Shown: positions 56,139-64,000 of the stretch, piece after piece
Layout of the letters: each line of letters opens with the position of its first letter
Position numbering within the stretch: the first letter of the stretch is position 1
Assembly (NCBI GenBank): GCA_964016885.1
Contig: OZ024749.1
Span: forward strand, 51,150,001 to 51,214,000
Origin: Eledone cirrhosa
Taxonomy: Eukaryota
Length of the DNA: 64,000 nt
Direction: 5' to 3'
Program-made: the position numbers and the translations under genes
Notes under the pieces: model-generated
Told to the model about the DNA's origin: nothing
What the model saw: the letters and a program-made list of their open reading frames with translations, nothing else
Database searches by the model: none

Positions 56139-57017
56139 GGGTCGAAACTGCCAAAGTCTATTTCAACGGCTGATGACACTGGAGTTCTGTGTCTTTCGTT
56201 TGTATTTTTATTTTCAAAAAGCTCATGGATGTTAACCAACCATCTTGCTCGGGGTCTACTCCTGGGTCTCCTTTCCTGAGACATTCTAACCAGATGCCCA
56301 TAGTATCGGAGCTGTGGTCTCTCAATTCGGAGATATATTTTATTGGTGCTGTCAGTATTTTCAACTGGCCTTTCAAACTTTCCTTCATATTCATCAGAAT
56401 ATATCTGAATATGAGGCTGCAGAATGACACAATACTGAATTCCTGTGATTTTTCAGTGTTGAACAGGAAAGGGATATAGAATCCTTTCTGCTAAATGAAA
56501 CGGTTAATTTGAAACGGAAGCAGGTTATGGAAAACATTGAAGTTTTTAAGCGATCAAATGTTTAGGTAAACATGCATTACTGTAGCAATTACATCGCAAG
56601 GAATCAGGTCTTAACCTTGAAACCTTGAATATTAGAGAATATTAACTATGGGAACGTTTTAGAGCAGTATTGAATTTGTCGCAATTTGATGTGTCTTTGG
56701 GTAGCCACGTCTGCAAAGTTGGTAACGTTTGTAAGGCCGCATGGGTTAATAGTTAGAGCATTGGGGTTGCAATTAAGAGGTTGTCAGTTCGATTCTAGGA
56801 CTGAGTGATGTGTTGTGTTCTTGAACACTTGAGCAAGACACTTTATTTCACGTTGCTCCAGTTTACACAGCTGTAGAAATGAGTTGCGACGACACTGGTG
56901 CCAAGCTGTATTGGCCATTGCCTTTCCCTTGGACAACACCTGTGGCGTGGTGAGGGGAGACTGGTATACATGGGGGACTGAGATTTAGTAATATATATAT
57001 ATATGTATAAACACATG

Positions 57018-57061
<44 letters not shown>

Positions 57062-57248
57062 CCTCCCAATTTCATTTTACATCATATACATGTCTGTCTA
57101 TATTTTGATTATTTAAAAATTATTTTTAAGTAAACATGGTTTTTTTTAATATTCTTAAGTGAACGTGACCCAACGGGTCACGGGTGGTCGAGTTATATAT
57201 ATATATAACAGTATTTATACTTACTGATAACATTATATAATCAATTAT

Positions 57249-57286
57249 TTCTCTGAGGAGTCGTGTGGACGAAACATGTGTAAGAG
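57249..57286 (+). ncRNA. Minimal type I hammerhead ribozyme fold (Penelope-like type)
   Basis: ttct-CTGAGGA-gtc gtgtg gac-GAAA-catgtg-TA-agag. Confidence 0.7.
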
Positions 57287-57336
57287 TTATATAAAGAACT
57301 TGTTTTAGCGGCTTGTAACTCATTCATTCATTTGCT

Positions 57337-57403
<67 letters not shown>

Positions 57404-57416
57404 AGAGAGAGAGAGC

Positions 57417-57451
<35 letters not shown>

Positions 57452-57944
57452 TGTGTGTGTCCGTGTGTGTGTCGTCGAACCACACCCCGTTAAGCTAAAT
57501 ATACACCCCATAAACCAAACATCTCACTTACGACAATGTCTAACTCTCTCAATCATATCTTCCACCCTCATCTTTAAACATTTGTATCTATGATGTAAAA
57601 GTGTTACAGTGTTGGGTGTACACAATGAGAGCTGAACACCCACTAAAGATGATAAATTCCTTGCTTCCTAAATATTTATCTCACTGACTAATATAACTAT
57701 CGGGCATAATAGGAAACTGTTTGTCCTTTCCCTTATTATGAAATCTTGTGGTAGTTGTTCTCAGATTGCATGGTGCACCCCCACAGTTAGTTCTATGGTA
57801 TTGTAGTGGGCGAGGAAATGAAATAATGGTAGTGTGACAAAAATATAAACCGAACGATAGCTACATTACGGCTGTATACATCCTGTTTATTATTGGGTTT
57901 TACACCCTTTTTTTTTTTTAAGAAATAAACCTTTTCATTTTGAA

Positions 57945-58300
57945 TGAATATCCCCTTTCTCTTTCGAATAAATATACCCTTTCTTTTTCAAATAAATATA
58001 CCCTTCCTTTTTCAAATAAATATACCCTTTCTTTCTAATAAATATACCCTTTTTTTTTCAAATAGGTATTCCCTTTCTTTTTCTAATAATTATACCCTTT
58101 CTTTCAAATAAATATACCCTTTCTTTTTCTAATAAATAAACCCTTTCTTTTTCAAATAGATATATCATTTCTTTCGAATAAATGTACCCTTTCTTTCTAA
58201 TAAATAAACCCTTTCCTTTTCAAATAGATATTCCCTTTCTTTTTCGAATAAAAATACCCTTTCTCTTTCCAATAAAATACCCTCTCTTTCCAATAAATAG
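57945..58300. repeat. About 22-bp AT-rich minisatellite
   Basis: aataaatataccctttctttttc, about 15 copies. Confidence 0.85.
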
Positions 58301-58473
58301 ATTAAATGTTAGATAAATAAAGAATCATTAAATCTTACCAATATGTAGTGGTAGTGGCACTCCGTCGGTTACGACGACGAGTATTCCTGTTGATACAATC
58401 AACGGAACAGCCAGCACGTGAAATTAACGTGCAAGTGGCTGAGTATTCCACAAACATGCGTACTTTTGACTTA

Positions 58474-58654
58474 CCGTATTTCCCAGCGTCGAAGACACTA
58501 CTTTTTTCCTAAAATAAGTAAAAAAATAACTCAAAAATCTACCAGGCGTCCTGGAGGCCGAAGGTTGTTTATTATTTTTTTTTTTCAAATTTTTGGTGGT
58601 CAAAATTAGGGTGCGTCCTCGAAGAGGAAGCGTCTTCGGCGCCGGGAAATACAG
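58474..58654. mobile_element. TA-flanked Tc1/mariner-superfamily MITE nested in a family B SINE
   Basis: ta|ccgtatttcccagcgtcgaagac...gtcttcggcgccgggaaatacag|ta. Confidence 0.75.
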
Positions 58655-59241
58655 TAATTCTCAGGGTGATTCAGCGTGACACAGAATGAGACAAGGCTAG
58701 CCCTTCAAATTACATGTACAACTCACTTTTTCGATCTGAGTAGACTGGAGCAACGTGAAATAAAGTGTCTTGCTCAAGGACACAGCGCACCGCCGTGAAT
58801 CGAACTCACAAACTTACGATCGTGAGCCGAATACCCTAACCACAAAGCCACGCGCCTTCACTATATACACAGAATATAGACAGAAATAAATGGTGAACGC
58901 TTTCATGTGTGGGTGTACAGTCTTCAAAATTGCATGGAAGTGAAACATGGTGAAATAGGATGACAGATGACGTCTTTTCCGAAAGTATTCTTGCATTCCT
59001 TACAAATAGGATGCGAAGATTCATCATTGCAGATTTACAATAAACTGAATCAAACTAAACCCCAACCCATCCCACCAAAAAATATGACGTTATGTTACCA
59101 GTCTCAGAAAACCTTAACAAACTGCTTAATAGTTAGTTTCAATACATTCTTCTTTGGCACATAATTCCTAGTGGGGTGATGGTTTTGACCTCATGACATG
59201 GGGAATTCTAAAAGTCTGGTGGAGCCAATTTCCTCTCCAGA

Positions 59242-59309
<68 letters not shown>

Positions 59310-60956
59310 TATGCTAGAGAGGAAGTAAAAAAGGAATATAGAGGATGAATCGACAATAGTATTCGACTGGTATTTGTTTATCGTCCCCGAAAGGATGAAA
59401 GGCAAAGTTGACCTCAAAAAGATTTGAACTCAAAGTGCAGAGAGCCGGTACGAATATCACAAAGCATTCTACCCGACATTCAAAAGACTCTGCCAATTCA
59501 GCATCAATATATTATAAAACTAATAAATATGGTTTCTTATATAGGCACAAGGCAGCAATTTTGGGGGGAGAGGAAAAATCGATTAACTTGACCCAAGTGC
59601 GTGACTAGAACTTTATTTAATCGACCCCGTAAGGATGAAAGGCATAGTTAACCTTGGTGGGATTTGAACTCAGATCATAAAGAGCTGTAACTCTATGCTG
59701 CAAAGTATGGCGTCTGACCCTCTACCGATACTCGGACGGCATGCTTTGCAGCATAGAGTTACGGCCCTTTATGATCTGAGTTCAAATCCCGCCGAGGTTA
59801 ACTTTGCCTTTCATCCTTACGGGGCCGATAAAATAAAGTACCAGTCACGCACTGGAGTCGATTTAATCGATTTTTAATAGATATAAAACTAATAAATATG
59901 ATAATCTTTTATTACATGTGAATTGTAGCTGCAACCTTATATTACGGAAGAGGGTTCTTGTGGAGATTGATCCCATCTGTCAAATTCTACTTGACATCCG
60001 GATCTTCTAGTGATAAAAGGACAAGAGATATGATGATGTTTCTTCCGGTGGGAAAAATTGTGTCTCATGAGCCGGGAAATACTTTCATTACTATATTATG
60101 TACCGGGGAAATTTTAAACAGGAATTACTATTAAAAAGTTACGTTTTTAATACCAAGTGAAATGCTACACACACTTAGTAATTTTTTCTTCGCTACTAAA
60201 CAATAATATTCCGGTTCCTATGCTTGTTAAATCTGACAGTTTTATCGCGGAAAAATGTTAATGTATCTTTATATGTAAGGTGATCTTGTGTTGGTTCCTA
60301 AACTATAAGACGACGGAAGTCGGAACTGGGGGATTTCAAACATAGTAATTAAATAAAGTATTAAAATAAAAAATAAAATAGCATACATATATAAAAACAA
60401 ATAAAAAATAAAAAATAGTGAATGACGTTAGAGCCACGGGATGTCAAATTTAGGGATGTCAAGGTCCCGCTAGAAGTACCTAAACTTAATATACACTCCA
60501 GATTGATGTAATTAAATTTCGGAAGGAATAACTGATAGTCATCTTCGGATTGGATGTAAATTAAATCGGAAGTAATGACATCTCGTTTTTTTAAATTCTT
60601 CTAATTCTATCAAACCACGAAAATGTCTTCGAGGATTTAAGGGTTAGCTGGAGCAGGATTTATCCAGTGCAATTGATGGACTAATTATTGTATCTAGTTC
60701 TTTTAGGTTTCTGCTCAAAAAGTTGCCATGCATTGTTTAGTCTGTCTATTGTATGATCTACATAGTATAGAAATATATCTCGGAACTCTGCATTTTTACT
60801 TCTACCCTTAAATATAAAGAGAGAGAGGGGGGAGTCCAATACACCCTAAAAGCGGCTTGTTAAATACAAACCGAAACCGCTTGGCATCGCGGTCGGGCTT
60901 CTAACTTTCTTTCTCTCTCTCTCATATATATATATGTGTGTGAATGTCTATCTATT

Positions 60957-60989
<33 letters not shown>

Positions 60990-62306
60990 CTGTCTTTCCA
61001 GCTTCTTGAAGCAGAGTACTTTCAAGGTTTCCGACCAAAAGGACAGCCTCCCTAATAACATACTCCTGTCGAAGATGTTTCTCTCACTGAACTTTCTTTA
61101 TCTGGAAAATGTCTTTTATTTGAGGTAATATTTCCACACAAAAGGATGTGTAGAAAGCTGTATATAATTATTGCCATTGTTGCTGTTATTCTTGAGTGAG
61201 TTATAAGAGTTGTTCTCATTTGTACTAGAAACACCAGATACATCTTTATTCTTTTTCAACATCTTCATGCTTTCTTTTGCAATATTTTTCTTCTTTTCGG
61301 GTGTGTTTTCTGTGCAAATGTTTTTTGTTTGTTCAAGGGGGCGTGTCTGACCGACATTACTATTAAATGTCGGTTTGCAAAGAAGAAGTGTTCAGAGTAT
61401 CTATTTTTTTTTTGTTTTTGTTTTGTTTTGTTTTTTGCTTAAATCGGCAAAAAAATATGAAGACAAGCTTCTTTCTCTTGCAGTTATTTCCAACGAATTT
61501 GACAGAAAAATAAATCGTCCAGTTTTGAATATAATATTACAAAAAAGTAATACAGAATAAGAGTGTTGATGAGGATAGCTTGTCACAGTTAAATGAATTT
61601 CTTTATTAACCACTAAGGAGTAATTTCGTACATCACCATTCATACATTACAAAACAATAAACGGTAAATTGGGCTTACAGAGATGCATGAGGTGTGACAA
61701 ATAAGTTATTTTAAACAAACACAAAACTAAACAAGAGTAGGCGTGAATGACATTATACAATACACGCAAGGAGAAGTTCAGGAACCTATAACTACATCAT
61801 ACTAATAATTATATATAATAATGGTTTGTTATTTAGGCACAAGGCCAACTATTGGGAGAGAGGGGAAAGTCGAATAAATCGACCCTACTGTGTTACTGGG
61901 TGAGATTTGAACTCAGAACGTTTGAGCCGTAACGATATGCCACAAAACAGGGTGTCCGATGCTCTACCGATACCTAACTGGACATAAATCAACCCCGGTA
62001 CCTGACTCGTACCTATTTTATCGACCCTCCAAAGATAAAATCAAAGCTGATCTGGTGGGATTTGAACTCAGGATGTAAAGGGGACAATAATATCACAAAT
62101 AACGACAACAATAGATTGCTGGTACTATCTACCTGTCGCAACTTTACTGGCAGAAAGAGCAACGTGAAATAAAGTGCCTTGCTCAAGGACATAACGCATC
62201 GCTCGGTTCTGGAATCGAACCGACAACCTCACGATTGCGAATCTAATTATCTAACTACCAAGCCACACTGAGAAATTTAAAAAATGAAATGACTTTATAT
62301 ACGTAC

Positions 62307-62486
62307 CAAATACCACTGATCAGTAAAATAGGGGTCAGTGAAATTCGGGATCCGATTTATATCTTTCGTTTGTTTGTGATGTATATCGTATAAAGTGGAG
62401 TTACCCATAGATAATTCTTCACTGCTATATATGGCTGACCCTTTTTTATGGCGAAGCAATTGTTCAAGTTGTAAAATGTATTTCAC
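62307..62486 (-). CDS. Proprotein convertase exon: end of prodomain and start of catalytic domain
   Basis: VKYILQLEQLLRHKKG...PNFTDPYFTDQWYL; 180 nt; cag/gtac boundaries; phase 0-0. Confidence 0.93.
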
Positions 62487-62950
62487 CTGGTTAAATATAA
62501 AATGAAATTAAGTATAAAATTAAATTATTAAACAGAATCAATATGCCAGACTTTCACTGGCTGAGGCGCTAAGCTATATGAAATTTGAGTCCTTTCTCTC
62601 AAGAAATATAATCATTATCGGTAGAGGGTCGGACGCCATGCTTTCTAGCATAGAGTTACGGCCCTTGCCATTCTGAGTTCAAATCACGCCGAGGTTAACT
62701 TTGCCTTTCATCCTTACGGGGTCGATAAAATAAAGTACCAGTAATGTACTGAGTAATTGCTGGCCTTGTGCCAAAAGTAGAAACAGTTATTTTTTATCTT
62801 AATATTAATGATAAAGAATAAATATTTACGTGTGTGTGTGTGCGTGTGTGTGTGTGTGAGTGTGAAGCCCGGGTTCAATCGAGGGTAACCATAATTAGTA
62901 AGGTACTCAATATATTAGTAGAGTGTACACATCAAGTTTAATATAGAAAT

Positions 62951-63003
62951 GGCTTCTACAGGACTAGAACTGTTTCATTCAAAAGAAATCATCAGGAAAG
63001 CCC
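62951..63003 (-). ncRNA. Hammerhead ribozyme fold, same element family as 30451-30585 (element about 62865-63003)
   Basis: Minus strand gggctttc-CTGATGA-tttc tttt gaat-GAAA-cag ttctagtc ctg-TA-gaagcc; downstream sequence also matches 30504-30580. Confidence 0.7.
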
Positions 63004-63105
63004 TGATGATAGGTAAGTCCATCACTGCTTAAGGCAACTAAGTCGTTAGTGCAGCATTCGAGCTTTTTATTTTCGTACAGTCAACATAACAGATCCTTTT
63101 AAGTA

Positions 63106-63273
63106 CCGTGTTTCCCGGCACTGAAGACGCTTCGGCTTCGAGGATGCACCCTAACTTTGACAACCACAAATTTGAAAAAAGTAATAAACAACGTTCGGCC
63201 TCCAGGACGCATGGTAGACTTTTGAGACTTAATTTAGGAAAAGAAGTAGCGACTTCGACGCCGGGAAATACGG
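63106..63273. mobile_element. Second copy of the 58474 MITE, opposite orientation
   Basis: ta|ccgtgtttcccggcactgaagac...cttcgacgccgggaaatacgg|ta. Confidence 0.75.
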
Positions 63274-64000
63274 TATATGGAAAGATTTGGACGAAATACA
63301 GAAACCTAACTATAAACTTATTAGATTAACAGTGTTCATTTCTTTCACAGCGTAGTAGTAAGTAATATAACTACAGAACTATTATTTAACTATTATTAAA
63401 GCACAGGGATTGGCAGTAATCAGTAGAGCGTCGAACAACAGGCTTGCGGTATACAGTTACTTGGGGGTCTACGCCTGGGTCATTTACCGGCTGGTTTTAC
63501 CCGTAAAAATCTGTCCAGGGATTCTTTCCTGAGACATTTTAACCACACATGGTGTTTATTTCTGATATTGAAAATATTGGAAATAATCAAACATTTTTCT
63601 TTATTGCTTAATTATAGGGTAAGAACCGATTTATAATTGAATTATATGAAGTAGGTAGACGCCTCTTTACTTCATATAGCGAATGAAAATTGATAGCAGG
63701 AACTGAAATTTTTTGTTGTTTTCTTTGGGGTTTTTTCAGTTGGGGGTATTACTTTGTTGTAGACTAAACTGGATGTTGTCAGATGATATTATTTACACAT
63801 TCCCACAGCTTGATATATTTCTGCGGGGTGGGGGGATGAATAGATTAATAAACGAAAGATGTAAACATTTTAAAATGGGAACATTTCATATAAACCTTAG
63901 CACGATTGGTTACTCTAATTACCATAACAGGCTTAATAGATATTCAAACTACGTCATTCAATTTACCCTGTCATCCTGTTCAAGTCTTTCAAGGAATCTG

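Noticed and set aside
58780-58858. tRNA gene
   Set aside because: tRNA-like A/B boxes are SINE heads joined to a core domain; no complete cloverleaf.

Overview
This is AT-rich, repeat-dense animal DNA with spliceosomal introns and no prokaryotic features. The SINE, LINE and microsatellite content suggests a coleoid cephalopod such as an octopus (inference). The main gene is a minus-strand kexin/furin-family proprotein convertase. Nine coding exons are visible between 62486 and 24938, all GT-AG and phase-compatible, totalling 2652 nt (883 aa plus stop); the signal-peptide and early prodomain exons lie beyond the window. The catalytic D/H/S and oxyanion N are intact, but the prodomain cleavage site (RHKK) and several specificity residues are non-canonical. 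On the plus strand a 1077-aa Gln-rich ORF (11432-14665) abuts a 5.6-kb satellite of 64-66 bp units. The rest is CR1-type and RTE LINE relics, two tRNA-derived SINE families, hAT and Tc1/mariner-type MITEs, and mini- and microsatellites. The least obvious signal is a set of type I hammerhead ribozyme folds (30451, 45927, 57249, 62951, 5042, plus decayed copies). They occur with long fold-back inverted repeats in TA/CA microsatellites and resemble Penelope-like or retrozyme elements inside the convertase introns. All assignments come from manual reading; no searches or folding programs were run.
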